Origin: an uncultured Bacteroidaceae bacterium
Lineage (GTDB): Bacteria > Bacteroidota > Bacteroidia > Bacteroidales > SM23-62
NCBI GenBank assembly: GCA_964574985.1
Contig: CAZNPH010000008.1
Location: forward strand, 13-64,012
Direction: 5' to 3'
DNA length: 64,000 bases
Shown: positions 40,001 to 49,545 of the stretch, one piece after another
Numbering within the stretch: the first letter of the stretch is position 1
How the letters are laid out: the number at the start of each line of letters is the position of its first letter
Notes under the pieces: generated by a model
What the model was told of the DNA's origin: nothing
Database searches by the model: none
What the model saw: the letters and a program-made list of their open reading frames with translations, nothing else
Made by a program: the position numbers and the translations under genes

Positions 40001-42575
40001 GGAAAGCCACCAGGTCGCCGGGGCAACCGGATGTTTCAAATTCCGTTTCGTATTGATAGTACTGACGGTTGAAAGGCTTCCTGGTCATGGCTTCCGCCCT
40101 TTCCGTGCAGGGATCGCTGAGCAGGGTAATTACGATCTGGGAGTCATTGAGTGCATACAGGTAGTACCCTTCTTCCTGACAATCATAGTCGTTGTAGAAA
40201 ACGATGGTGTCGCTGCCTGTCAGATAGTAATCCCCGGAGGAAATACCCGTGATCCAATCAGAATAAGGCTCAACGTCCTTGGTAACGTACAGGCTGTACC
40301 CCCTGGTCTCATCTTCATCTTCCCATATATCCAGCTGGATCACGTTTCCGGGCATATATTCATAGTAGTAATCTCTGTTGATGTCTTCGCTGTTGCATAC
40401 CCCGTCCCATGGCTGAAGCTGGATGCCCACGGAACTTTCCAGTATGCTGGAAACTCCCGAGGGTTCGATGGAGAACGAGTATACCGGACTTCCCGCGGCG
40501 TCCATTGGCATACCCCAGGACTCGGGTTCTCCCTGCTCCAGGGCCTGAAGCGCCGAGCCGGTACAGCTCCATCCTGCAGCCATGCCGATCATTGGCGGGA
40601 AACTCGGATTTATCGGGATATATGCCTTGACCGTATCTCCGGTGACAATGCTGTCGGATGTGAACTCCACATATCCGAACGGCATTCCGGGATCATATTC
40701 CGGGTTGAATTCCCCGTACCAGAAAAAGACGAAGAAAGTATTGTTCATGGTCGTATCCCAGTCGGACCACTGGATCGGGATGGTCATCTCGTGGTCATTG
40801 TCATACTGGCGGGTTTCCCAGTTTTCCGGTTCGCGCATTTGTTGATTGAAAGTAGAATTGTTTACATAGTAGAATGGCTTGCGGCCCGGATTGTTGTCTA
40901 TCCTGATGGTATCCACCACGTCCAGTGAATTGCCGCACTTGTTGGTGGCCGAGAAAACATATTCGAAGATATCCCCGTCTGATCCGGTGTATTCATGTTT
41001 GGCCAGCACCTGCAATACGGTGTCTGTAAACGAAGTGATGTTGTTCATTACTTCCCCGTCCCCGAAATCGATCGAATAGGTAAACGGACTCTCATCGGGT
41101 TCGTAGTTCGCATCAAAGAAATATACCGGGTCGCCGCTGCAGATCACCCTGGGGATCACATTGAGCGTGGTCGACGGCACCCGGGTGGTATCCACCATGA
41201 CCCATAAACTGTCGGAACCCGTGCCTCCGCAAGGATCAAATACCGAACCGGTGATCTTGTAGATTCCCGGGTCGTTGTACACATGGGAAACTTCTTTGGT
41301 GAAAGCTTCTGTCCCGTCACCGAAATCCCAGTGATATTTCAGGCTCAGCTCATGCCAAATTTCATTGACAAAACCGACCAGCTCGCCCGGGCATATTTTT
41401 AATGTATCCAGTTCCGACTGTTCATCCCAGTCCATATGTTCCATTTCGAAGCGGATATCGGTGTATTCCAATATCGAGGGGAACAATTCCACCGTGATCG
41501 TGTCGGTCCATGATGCGGTATACCCGCACCCGTTGGTTATGGTCAGGCTGACAGGGTATGTCCCCGGTTGCCCGTAGCGGTTGGCTGGCTCCCTTTCGGT
41601 GGATGTGCGTCCGTCACCAAAATCCCAGAAATAAGTCCCCTGACCGTGGGCCTGGAAGGTAACGGGGGTATTCGGACAGGGATTTTCATATTCTTGATTA
41701 CCCGAATAGTACCAGTTGAAATAGGGCTCTGGCTGTATATCACCCATGAAGCCTACATGTACGGTATCCGAATTTGAATTGCCGCAGGCATTGGTGGCGG
41801 TTACCACCACCTGAAACATGGAATCGACCGTGGCGTCGAAATAGTGGGAGGGACTCTTTTCGCCGGAAACGGTCGTTCCGTCCCCGAAATCCCACACGAT
41901 GTCTTCAAACCGGTCGGCCCAGGCAAGTTCGAAGGTTACCTCGTCATTGGGGCATATCATGCCGCTCCCCCTGAGCCATGCCTCCACCTTGGGAACGGCC
42001 GAATCGGTGATGGTGATCTGTTTGGTGATGGTATCCGGCCCGCAGTTATAGTCCACGATCAGGGTCACATCATAGGTCCCCTGAGTGTTGTATGTATGGT
42101 CGGTCCAGTTTTGTGTCTTTGCCCAGTCCGGGGCGTACAAACTGTCCCCGAAATCCCATTGAAGGGACCAGTAGTCTTTATGTATGGAGAAAGTGACCAT
42201 TTCGCCCGGACAGGCTTCGGGGCCGGTGGTGATCATGAAATCATCGATCACCGGATCGGTGTAAATGGCCTGGGATGTCTCGTCAATCAGGTCATCATTG
42301 TATGAGTCCCGCAGAACCAGATGAACCATATGTTCCCCGGCATAAAACACCTGCATAGGAGGTTCATAGGTGTCATAAAACATCCCGTCAATGTACCATT
42401 CCCAGAGGGGACTTCCCTGCAAGCCCGATGTATCGCTGGTGTTAATGATGTATACATCCTGGGGCTCACAGGTTCCCGAAAGTTCGTAGGAAAAACCGGC
42501 CCACTGGCCGTGACTGCCCAGGGAAATCAATGAAAATGCAAGGATAGCGGTGAAGGTTTTGTAGAAATTCTTCAT
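37047..42575 (-). CDS. Large secreted multi-PKD-domain protein with T9SS C-terminal sorting domain
   Basis: 1842-aa ORF with a signal peptide (MKNFYKTFTAILAFSLISLGSHG). There are 16 PKD-like units marked by W-x-F-G-D-G...P-x-H-x-Y...G-x-Y-x-V. The last 81 aa (37047-37292, FPNPFRDHTRIMY...GVYYLRM...) match the Por/T9SS CTD pattern. Confidence 0.9.
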   Translation of the reverse strand: MKNFYKTFTAILAFSLISLGSHGQWAGFSYELSGTCEPQDVYIINTSDTSGLQGSPLWEWYIDGMFYDTYEPPMQVFYAGEHMVHLVLRDSYNDDLIDETSQAIYTDPVIDDFMITTGPEACPGEMVTFSIHKDYWSLQWDFGDSLYAPDWAKTQNWTDHTYNTQGTYDVTLIVDYNCGPDTITKQITITDSAVPKVEAWLRGSGMICPNDEVTFELAWADRFEDIVWDFGDGTTVSGEKSPSHYFDATVDSMFQVVVTATNACGNSNSDTVHVGFMGDIQPEPYFNWYYSGNQEYENPCPNTPVTFQAHGQGTYFWDFGDGRTSTEREPANRYGQPGTYPVSLTITNGCGYTASWTDTITVELFPSILEYTDIRFEMEHMDWDEQSELDTLKICPGELVGFVNEIWHELSLKYHWDFGDGTEAFTKEVSHVYNDPGIYKITGSVFDPCGGTGSDSLWVMVDTTRVPSTTLNVIPRVICSGDPVYFFDANYEPDESPFTYSIDFGDGEVMNNITSFTDTVLQVLAKHEYTGSDGDIFEYVFSATNKCGNSLDVVDTIRIDNNPGRKPFYYVNNSTFNQQMREPENWETRQYDNDHEMTIPIQWSDWDTTMNNTFFVFFWYGEFNPEYDPGMPFGYVEFTSDSIVTGDTVKAYIPINPSFPPMIGMAAGWSCTGSALQALEQGEPESWGMPMDAAGSPVYSFSIEPSGVSSILESSVGIQLQPWDGVCNSEDINRDYYYEYMPGNVIQLDIWEDEDETRGYSLYVTKDVEPYSDWITGISSGDYYLTGSDTIVFYNDYDCQEEGYYLYALNDSQIVITLLSDPCTERAEAMTRKPFNRQYYQYETEFETSGCPGDLVAFQIAGAQSQEWHFGDGATSTEQFVQHAYADTGHYDAFVIASNACGRTDTLESPVVIGYSNVPSAHFWMDKYNVPRLEEIQFFYEMDWYQPAQINYSFLWDFGDGTTSTKMNPVHAYTRSGMYTVTLTVTNGCGTNSQTQDVYIIEAELQCDAKFDFSIDGTTAGFTDLSWGEPTSWQWDFGDGTTSSQQNPVHDFSRDGVFYVCLSIYDSLTGCAAQICREVVAGVVNCRAGFTYTVNNTTKTALFNNESTNATEFFWDFGDGFFSPDTNPEHAYENTGIYTVCLGTYDSITDCYAEVCKDIQVGSATDSAVCFADFSFYADSATGKVFFTDKSSSNISSWYWTFGDGSFIQKRNPEHLYGGPGTYKVCLSVFDDVTGCTGKKCKEVKIGISECNQNADFSFFVDMETSTVRFNNKSTGNITNYFWNFGDETTSARESPSHQYTKAGYYLVALSVFDSTNDCKDHTAKFIQVGTVDCRSFFEYTFKGDTTSSTVQFYEKSRGNIADYFWDFDDGSYSEEQDPLHEYDRPGLYMVSLTVSDADGLCMDRYTEPIQVGTIDCGAEFTFFVDSATNVAYFTPKTVGDITDYLWFFGDGAVSPSMKAKHQYLRPGYFTVGLNTFDESTGCMDYYEDVLLIGSLANNCKAGFIYRSDQATREVFFTDDSRGDITDWLWNFGDGEKSTDQNPSHTYSKGGYYNVCLTVKNTAGITNSTCKHVQVAAPEECFARFMYSVDSATQTVDFVDNSYGSPDGWFWDFGDDLTSTLQNPSHTYGSPGFYMVHLSVANSNTNSTSNAFKLINVAKANEGIQVGFAYEADSATTKAEGYPVDFIGVSLGDANRFQWDFGDGNKDTTSLTPTHVYAEPGVYTVCLTISDPATGTSQTKCEDIETSYGVGIPYVFGPDSRLTNFPNPFRDHTRIMYTVPGATKVQLSLYDNTGRKIETLVDQAKPAGRYVIEYDGSGLSSGVYYLRMITGREVVTTKMVVK
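37340..39570 (-). repeat. Tandem array of nine roughly 250-nt PKD-domain coding units
   Basis: Consecutive units carry WDFGDGTTSS, WDFGDGFFSP, WTFGDGSFIQ, WNFGDETTSA, WDFDDGSYSE, WFFGDGAVSP, WNFGDGEKST, WDFGDDLTST and WDFGDGNKDT. They are diverged at DNA level, so this is domain repetition within a gene and not a CRISPR or satellite. Confidence 0.75.
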
Positions 42576-42724
42576 GGGTTACAGTTTTAGTTTATGATGT
42601 TTTTTGCGGTTTCCGGGAAAACGACAACAAGTTAAGAATTTCAGAAAAGAAATCAAAACATAAAATGCAGGAAATGCAGAATTGATGCACTCTTTGGAGT
42701 AGATGAAATATTTTTATCTAACAA

Positions 42725-44926
42725 TCAGATCCTGAATCCCATAACCAGAATGTCGTCGATCTGGTCGATTTCCCCTCTCCATTCCTTGATTGTTTTGTCG
42801 AGGATTTCCCCCTGGGTTTTCATGGGCTTGGCACAAATGGACAGCAGAAGCCTTTTGAAGTTCTTGGACATGAATTTTTTGCCTTTGTCACCACCGAACT
42901 GGTCGACAAAACCATCAGAAAAAATGTATACGCAATCTCCTTTTTCGGTAACGATCTCATGGTTGGAAAATTCCTTGTCCATGCCTTTGAAAATACCGAT
43001 GGGCATCTTGTCGGCCTTGTACTCGATCAGTTCATCATTGCGGATCAGGTAGAGCGGATTGTTCGCACCGGAATACTGCAAAAGTCCGTCTGCACTGTCG
43101 AAAACACAGAGTGCGATATCCATCCCGTCCTGGGCTTCACCTTCCTGGCCGGTTTGATGCAATGAGTGGACCACGTTCTCGCGGAGCTGGTTGAGTATCT
43201 GGCTGGGCTGGGTGAGTTGGATCTTGTTGACGATCTCATTCATGAAAGCGATGCCCAGCATGCTCATGAACGCACCGGGAACGCCGTGTCCGGTACAGTC
43301 GGCCGCTGCAATGATGGTCTTTCCGTCTACATGGGTCATCCAGTAGTAGTCACCGCTGACAATATCCCTGGGTTTATACAGGATAAAATTATCTTTCACC
43401 CCACTGTCCATAAGATGGTCAGGGGGAAGGATAGCTGTCTGTATCCGGCTCGCGTACTGGATGCTGTCGGTGATCTCCTTTTTCTGCTGGAAGATCTGGT
43501 CTCGCTGGTTCTTGATCTTGATGTTCTGTTCTTCCAGCAGGATGTTGGCCTTTTTCTTTTCGGAATATTGCCGGTAAAGCAGGATGGAAAAAACAAGCAC
43601 GATCAGGAAAATCCCCACAAAAGAATAGATCATGACCCTCTGCCTCTTGTTTTCCGCTTCTTTCTGGGCCAGTTCTGATTCCTGCAGCTCATTCCTGGTT
43701 TTCAGCAACTCATTTTCCCTTTCCTTCCTTTCGGTCTCGTATTTGGTTTCCATCTCGGAGATCTGTTTCAGGTTTTCCTCCCTGATCACCGAATCCTTGA
43801 GGATCACATACATCTGGTAATGATCCAGCGCCTTCCGGAAGTTGCCCCTGGCGGCATACACGTCGGATATTTCCTTGTAAACGTCGTAAACCTCCTTTTT
43901 AAGGTTCAGCTCCTTGCTGATCTGCAGACTTTCTTCATAATGCTGCAGCGCCTGGTCATATTTACCCCATTGATAATATATGCTGCCGATATTCTCCAGT
44001 GCCGAGGCCACTTCCTTTCTCTGTCCGATCTCCCGGTATATTCTGAGCGCATCCTGGCTGTACATGAGGGCATCGCTGTAATTTTCCCCTTCCAGGTATA
44101 CGATCCCGATGTGGCTTTGGGTCTGGGCAATGCCCGGTTTGCTTTCCAGTTCCTCGAATAATTTCAGGGCTTTCCTGTAATTTTCCAAAGCGAGCCCGTA
44201 ATTTTTCTGTTCCTTGTAGACCAGCCCGATGTTATTCAGGATGTTGGCCATTCCCAGCCGTGCCTGTTCATATTCGGCCGGATTCTCCCGGTGTTTTTCC
44301 GCATACTGTTCGAAAAACTCCAGGCTTTCCTCGTAATAATCCAGGGCCTTGAGATAATCAAGTCCGAAATAGAAATAGACATTTCCGATGTTTGCCTTGG
44401 AACGGGCCATGTTCAGGAGATCACCGATCTCTGCCTGGATGTTGAAATTCTCCTGGTAATATTCTATGGCTTTGTCGTATTCCCCCCCGGATTTGTATAA
44501 AACACCTACATTGTTGAGCAAAAGGGCGATGTTGCTTTTCAGCAGGTTGCTCTCCTCGCTTCCGGGTTGCGCGGTTCCTTCCCGTTCCCTGAGAATGGAC
44601 AGGCATTCCAGCCATGCATCCAGTGCCTTGTCATAACTGCCCTGATAATACCTGGCTCCCCCCAGGGTAGTCAGGGATTTGGACAAAAGGTTCCGGGATC
44701 CTGTCTGCCTGGACAGTTCAACGGCCCGGGTGCAGTGATCGACACTTTCCAGCAGGGATTTGTTCATTTCAATGCGGGCCAGGGTGATCAGGGCCTCGAT
44801 CCTGATGGAGTCGTCACCGGTTGTTTCCACCAGGTTTTTCAGGCTGTCGGAAGGGGATTGTGCAGCTGCGACCCAACCGAACACGGCCAGCAAAACAAAT
44901 CCCACGATCTTTTTCATTCCCTCCAT
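42725..44926 (-). CDS. TPR-repeat / transmembrane / PP2C-type (SpoIIE, RsbU-like) serine phosphatase
   Basis: 733-aa ORF with a signal or anchor segment. About 8 TPR-like repeats (repeated Y..AL.YY.ESL patterns), then a coiled coil and one TM (VMIYSFVGIFLIVLVFSILLY). C-terminal SpoIIE block with SGDYYW, AADCTGHGVPGAF and DGFVDQFGG. Confidence 0.85.
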   Translation of the reverse strand: MEGMKKIVGFVLLAVFGWVAAAQSPSDSLKNLVETTGDDSIRIEALITLARIEMNKSLLESVDHCTRAVELSRQTGSRNLLSKSLTTLGGARYYQGSYDKALDAWLECLSILREREGTAQPGSEESNLLKSNIALLLNNVGVLYKSGGEYDKAIEYYQENFNIQAEIGDLLNMARSKANIGNVYFYFGLDYLKALDYYEESLEFFEQYAEKHRENPAEYEQARLGMANILNNIGLVYKEQKNYGLALENYRKALKLFEELESKPGIAQTQSHIGIVYLEGENYSDALMYSQDALRIYREIGQRKEVASALENIGSIYYQWGKYDQALQHYEESLQISKELNLKKEVYDVYKEISDVYAARGNFRKALDHYQMYVILKDSVIREENLKQISEMETKYETERKERENELLKTRNELQESELAQKEAENKRQRVMIYSFVGIFLIVLVFSILLYRQYSEKKKANILLEEQNIKIKNQRDQIFQQKKEITDSIQYASRIQTAILPPDHLMDSGVKDNFILYKPRDIVSGDYYWMTHVDGKTIIAAADCTGHGVPGAFMSMLGIAFMNEIVNKIQLTQPSQILNQLRENVVHSLHQTGQEGEAQDGMDIALCVFDSADGLLQYSGANNPLYLIRNDELIEYKADKMPIGIFKGMDKEFSNHEIVTEKGDCVYIFSDGFVDQFGGDKGKKFMSKNFKRLLLSICAKPMKTQGEILDKTIKEWRGEIDQIDDILVMGFRI

Positions 44927-45065
44927 ATTGCTTTAACGGAACAATGGCCAAACCTGTTGTAAATGTAATTTTTTAATCATAATCTGGCAATTTTTCATCC
45001 GGTTTTCATGCGAATTATCCCCGCTTTACAACGGATGATGAAAGAAGGTTCAAAAAGTCTGCCGG

Positions 45066-46781
45066 TCAGGCGCCGGCTGCCCTTTCCAGCCGTTTCAATA
45101 CGGAAAAGATGAATATGGCGGACAGAAAACAGAAGCCCACCAACACGCCCCAGAACAACCAGAGGGGCACCACCACATCCCACAGGAGTCCGACCAGCCC
45201 CACACCATAATTGCCAATGGCAGTTGCTGCAAGCCAGCCGCCCTGCATCAATCCTTTATACTGGGGTGGGGAAACCCTGGATACAAATGAAATGCCCATC
45301 GGGCTCAAAAAAAGTTCGGCAATGGTGAGGGCCAGGTAGGTACTGATCAGCCAGTAAGGGGATACCAGTGCATGCTGGGGGGCACGGATGCCCCCGATCT
45401 CCCTGGGGCTGTATCCGGTCAGTTGCAGTGAACAGATGATCAGAATGATGAAAGCAAGTCCAGTGATGATCATGCCGATCCCGATCTTTTTGGGCGCAGA
45501 CGGTTCACGGCTCCGTTTCCTTAGCCAGTTGAACATCCCGATGATCACCGGGGTCAGCACAACAATAAAGAAAGGATTGAAATGCTGGAATTTCTGGGGT
45601 GTAAATTCATTGGTCTCAGAATAGCCCCTGTACCTCATGTATGCCAGCGCGGCGAAAACCACAAAGGCAATACCCCCTGCCACCCGGATCTTTTGAGAAC
45701 TCCTGCGCCGGAGCATGAATATGAGTCCGGTCACCGATAAAAATACCGGCAGGAGTCCGAACAAATCAAACCACAGATTGGTCACCTTCCCGACCTGTCC
45801 CTCCGTGTAGTCCCGTGCAAAGATGGTCATGGCCGCACCGTTCTGGTGAAAAGCCATCCAGAAAAAGATCACCACAAAGAACACGAGTCCGAGTGCAATC
45901 AGCCTTTCCCGGGTCCGGGCCGGACTCAGGACGATCATTTTGTCTTTGTGCTGTTCACTGCGGGACTTCTGTTTTTCGGTCATATCCGCATGTTTGTAGT
46001 ATTTACGGAAACCCCGGAAAATCAACATGGAAAAGATCAGACTGATGCAGGCAACCCCAAAACCATAATGGTATGATTCGCTCAGTGTGTTCAGGTATTT
46101 TTCGGAAAAATCCGTCAGGCCGGTAAAATCCACCGGTTGTTCCATGGCAAGCTGCCGGAGCTTTTCTGCAATGGTCATGGTTTCGCCGTTGCCGATCAGC
46201 TGGTCGGCCATGCCGTCCAGGTACTTGTTGGCCAGGGCGGGGATGTCGGCCTTGTAGAACATGTCATGTTTTCTGAGGATAAAGTTACTGACCGATTCGG
46301 CGGCTGTAGGTGCAAACATGGCGCCTATATTGATGCCCATATAAAATATATTGAAAGCAACGTCACGGTATTTGCTGAACCTGCCTTCATCATAAAGGTT
46401 GCCCACCAGTGCCTGCAGGTTTCCCTTGAAAAGTCCCGTTCCGATGCAGATCACCACCAGGGAGGAAATGATTAGTCCGAGCCCCGTATCATAGGCAGTG
46501 GGAACCGCCATCATGAAATATCCGACAAACATGACAATCATGCCCAGACTGATGGTTCTTCCGTATCCGAATACCCTGTCGGCCAAAATGCCCCCGATCA
46601 GCGGCATAAAATATATCCCGGCCAGAAACAGTCCGTATATCTGTGTGGCCGTTCCCGCGTCATACCCGTACTTGGCCTGCAGGAACAAAACAAAGATCGC
46701 CAGCATGGTATAATATCCGAACCTTTCTCCCATGTTGGCGAAAAAAGCGACAAACAATCCCCTGGGGTGTTCTTTGAACAT
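45066..46781 (-). CDS. POT/PTR2-family di-/tripeptide:H+ symporter
   Basis: The ATG at 46781 (MFKEHPRGLFVAFFANMGERFGYY, with the POT ExxERFxYY-type motif) is preferred. The longer track start at 46853 would include the candidate promoter box at 46820-46827. Confidence 0.9.
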   Translation of the reverse strand: MFKEHPRGLFVAFFANMGERFGYYTMLAIFVLFLQAKYGYDAGTATQIYGLFLAGIYFMPLIGGILADRVFGYGRTISLGMIVMFVGYFMMAVPTAYDTGLGLIISSLVVICIGTGLFKGNLQALVGNLYDEGRFSKYRDVAFNIFYMGINIGAMFAPTAAESVSNFILRKHDMFYKADIPALANKYLDGMADQLIGNGETMTIAEKLRQLAMEQPVDFTGLTDFSEKYLNTLSESYHYGFGVACISLIFSMLIFRGFRKYYKHADMTEKQKSRSEQHKDKMIVLSPARTRERLIALGLVFFVVIFFWMAFHQNGAAMTIFARDYTEGQVGKVTNLWFDLFGLLPVFLSVTGLIFMLRRRSSQKIRVAGGIAFVVFAALAYMRYRGYSETNEFTPQKFQHFNPFFIVVLTPVIIGMFNWLRKRSREPSAPKKIGIGMIITGLAFIILIICSLQLTGYSPREIGGIRAPQHALVSPYWLISTYLALTIAELFLSPMGISFVSRVSPPQYKGLMQGGWLAATAIGNYGVGLVGLLWDVVVPLWLFWGVLVGFCFLSAIFIFSVLKRLERAAGA

Positions 46782-46819
46782 GTCTTGTCTTTTTGTTTTT
46801 CTGAATTTGCAGAATCTGA

Positions 46820-46827
46820 CAAATATA
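46820..46827 (-). promoter_or_regulatory. Candidate -7 promoter box (TATATTTG) for the POT transporter
   Basis: The minus strand reads TATATTTG, 38 nt upstream of the ATG at 46781. Confidence 0.4.
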
Positions 46828-46881
46828 GAAATCTTTTTCCTGAGGTAAAGCACAGGCCGGAATGTTGTATAAATTTTATAT

Positions 46882-46889
46882 TAGCTTTG
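46882..46889 (+). promoter_or_regulatory. Candidate -7 promoter box (TAGCTTTG) for nnr
   Basis: The plus strand reads TAGCTTTG, 21 nt upstream of the ATG at 46911. Confidence 0.4.
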
Positions 46890-46910
46890 TAATTTAAAAA
46901 GCAGGTCCGG

Positions 46911-48425
46911 ATGAAAATCTTTCCCACATCGGTTATAAAGGAAATTGACAGCTATACCATCAAAAATGAACCCATCAAACCCATCGATCTGATGGAGCGG
47001 GCGGCCGGGGAAATGGCCGGCTGGCTCGAATCCAGGTTCGGTCAGCGCAATCCATTGGTTGTTTTTGCCGGCCCCGGCAACAACGGGGGAGACGGAATGG
47101 CGGTCGCCCGGATGATGTCGGAAAGGCATTATGCCGTCACCTGTTACCTGGTCAGGATCAGCGATCATTTGTCTTCCAGTGCTGAGACCAATCTGAAAAG
47201 ATTGAAGGAAAAAGGCCTTGTCCCCGTGCACGATATCCGTTCACCGGATGATCTGCCCTCACTTCCTGAAAAAGCCATCATCCTGGATGCCATTTTCGGG
47301 TCGGGGCTTACCCGTCCCGTGGAAGGAATGGCAGCAGACCTGATCCGTCATCTGAACGGACTTCCCGCGCAAAGAATTTCCATCGACATACCTTCCGGAC
47401 TCTTCGGCGAGGATAATGCAAAAAACAAAAAAGAAAATATATTCAGGGCCGATGTGACCCTGACCCTGCAATTCCCCAAACGCTCCTTCTTCTTTGCTGA
47501 AAACCGGATCTATACCGGGGAATGGTATGTCCTGCCCATCGGGCTCCATCCCGAAGCCATTGAAAAGACACCGACAGATACGGTCATGACCGACCGGCAG
47601 ATGTTCACCGGGGCGATCCCTGAACGGGACAGGTTTTCACACAAGGGCCATTACGGGCATGCCTTGCTGATCTCGGGAAGCTACGGGATGATGGGAGCCG
47701 CCGTTCTTGGTGCAAAAGCTGCCCTGCGCATGGGAGCCGGACTGGTTACGGTACATGTTCCCCGTCTGGGTTGTGAGATCATCCAGTCCTCCGTCCCGGA
47801 AGCGCTGGTCAGCATGGATCAGAATGATGAATACTTTTCCGGCTGCCCTGACCCGGAAAGGTTTTCAGCCGTGGGTGTCGGACCGGGAATAGGGAGGAGG
47901 AAAGAAACGGCACGGGCCCTGAAAAAATTGCTTGAAAATATCCGAGCCCCACTGGTCATTGATGCGGATGCCCTCAATATCCTCTCCGAAAACAAGGACT
48001 GGCTGGATATGGTCCCGGGAAACAGCATCCTGACCCCGCATCCCAAAGAATTTGACCGCCTGGCCGGAAACAGCAGCACGGGTTTTGAAAGGAACCGGAA
48101 ACAAGTCCGGTTTTCCAGGGAACATAAGCTCTATGTAATCCTGAAAGGTGCATACACTTGCACCGCGTGCCCTGATGGAAGCTGCTATTTCAATAACACC
48201 GGGAATCCCGGAATGGCCATCGGAGGAAGCGGGGATGTGCTGACCGGAATGATCCTTTCCTTGTTGTGCCAAAGGCTGGATCCCCTGAAAGCCGCCCTCA
48301 CCGCAGTATACCTGCACGGATTGGCCGGCGATCTGGCTGCCGGGGAATACACGGAAAATGCCCTGCTCCCTTCAGACATCACCGCCCATATAGGAAAAGC
48401 CATCAAATCAATCAAATCATCATGA
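46911..48425 (+). CDS. nnr: Bifunctional NAD(P)H-hydrate repair enzyme (epimerase + ADP-dependent dehydratase)
   Basis: 504-aa ORF. YjeF N-terminal motif AGPGNNGGDG. C-terminal carbohydrate-kinase-like domain with HKGHYGHALLISGSYGMMGAAVLGAKAALRMGAGLVT and GGSGDVLTG. Confidence 0.9.
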   Translation: MKIFPTSVIKEIDSYTIKNEPIKPIDLMERAAGEMAGWLESRFGQRNPLVVFAGPGNNGGDGMAVARMMSERHYAVTCYLVRISDHLSSSAETNLKRLKEKGLVPVHDIRSPDDLPSLPEKAIILDAIFGSGLTRPVEGMAADLIRHLNGLPAQRISIDIPSGLFGEDNAKNKKENIFRADVTLTLQFPKRSFFFAENRIYTGEWYVLPIGLHPEAIEKTPTDTVMTDRQMFTGAIPERDRFSHKGHYGHALLISGSYGMMGAAVLGAKAALRMGAGLVTVHVPRLGCEIIQSSVPEALVSMDQNDEYFSGCPDPERFSAVGVGPGIGRRKETARALKKLLENIRAPLVIDADALNILSENKDWLDMVPGNSILTPHPKEFDRLAGNSSTGFERNRKQVRFSREHKLYVILKGAYTCTACPDGSCYFNNTGNPGMAIGGSGDVLTGMILSLLCQRLDPLKAALTAVYLHGLAGDLAAGEYTENALLPSDITAHIGKAIKSIKSS

Positions 48426-49519
48426 GAATAAAACGGTTCGTAATCCTTCTGCCGGGGATTCTGGCTGCGGTATCCTGCACCGTGACCACCAACCATCTCA
48501 GGACGGTCAATGTCAGGCATATACCCGCTGAATTCAGCCAGGACTATATTTATTCCCTGCCCATGACTTCATTCAGGATCACCGTGGAAACGGAAAAGAA
48601 AGTCACCGTTGCCGGTCCCTTCAGCCAGTATGCCGGAAAATACCTGAGCATTGAAAACGTTCCCCGCGAGGATTCCGAGAACTGGAGGATATCCGGGGTC
48701 AGTATCGAGCCTTCCCTGGAGTCGGATCCTGATCATTACTATGCCGTCCATGTTGACCAAGGTAAATTTCCTGCACAAAAACTTATTGCCCTGAGCCGGG
48801 AGGGACTGATATTCAGCGGCTCCCCCTGGTCGGTCATGGCGGCATCCGTGGAGGAAACGGATCCTTACAGGAACGTTCCGCATTTTACAGACCTTTCCGT
48901 AAAAAGAAATTTCGGTTACCACGTGGACACCCTGTACAAGACCATTCTGACCGATTCTTCCTTCATCAGGGTGCCTGTCATCCGGAAGCAGCTGGACAAA
49001 AAAACCCTGGAGGAAAAAGCCGGGGAAGCCGCCAACTTCCTGATCAAACTCCGGAAAAGGCGTTTCAAACTGATGTCCGGCCAATACGAGGTATATCCCG
49101 AAGGAGAGGCCATGTCCTTTGCAGTAAAAGAACTGAACAAGCTGGAAAAGGAATATCTTTCCCTGTTTACCGGGAAAACCTACAGGCAGGCCACCGCACA
49201 TACGTTTTATGTAACCCCGGAACCGGGCCCCGGTGAACAGTTGATAGAGCTTTTTCGTTTTTCACCTTTGAAAGGTTTGCTGACCGGCGGCGCTTCCGGC
49301 GAAGGACAGTTAATCGGACTCCGGATCGTTCCTTTGAACAAGACGGTCAATCTGGAACTGAATCTCAACCTGCCTGCAGAGCGCGTGCTGGATAACAAGG
49401 TGGTATACCGGATCCCCGACATGGCCGAATTGATATTATCCGGGGAAGAACAGATCTTTTTCAGGGAGCGCTACGAGGTGTTTCAGATGGGGACCATTGC
49501 CGGCATGCGTCTTGATTGA
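48422..49519 (+). CDS. Hypothetical lipoprotein
   Basis: The ATG at 48422 overlaps the nnr stop (ATGA) and gives MRIKRFVILLPGILAAVSC (lipobox). The track start at 48266 lies inside nnr. No family recognised with confidence. Confidence 0.6.
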   Translation: MRIKRFVILLPGILAAVSCTVTTNHLRTVNVRHIPAEFSQDYIYSLPMTSFRITVETEKKVTVAGPFSQYAGKYLSIENVPREDSENWRISGVSIEPSLESDPDHYYAVHVDQGKFPAQKLIALSREGLIFSGSPWSVMAASVEETDPYRNVPHFTDLSVKRNFGYHVDTLYKTILTDSSFIRVPVIRKQLDKKTLEEKAGEAANFLIKLRKRRFKLMSGQYEVYPEGEAMSFAVKELNKLEKEYLSLFTGKTYRQATAHTFYVTPEPGPGEQLIELFRFSPLKGLLTGGASGEGQLIGLRIVPLNKTVNLELNLNLPAERVLDNKVVYRIPDMAELILSGEEQIFFRERYEVFQMGTIAGMRLD

Positions 49520-49545
49520 TTGCAATATTCACAAAATTCTCAGTC

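Noticed and set aside
39663-40928. 421-aa ORF antisense to the PKD-protein gene, and similarly the 420-aa ORF at 55050-56312 antisense to metH.
   Set aside because: Same codon-aligned shadow-ORF explanation. The sense genes are unambiguous (PKD/T9SS protein and MetH).
42663-42680. Tandem direct repeat AAATGCAGG-AAATGCAGA upstream of the PKD-protein gene.
   Set aside because: There are only two 9-nt copies, with no known motif match and no way to test conservation here.
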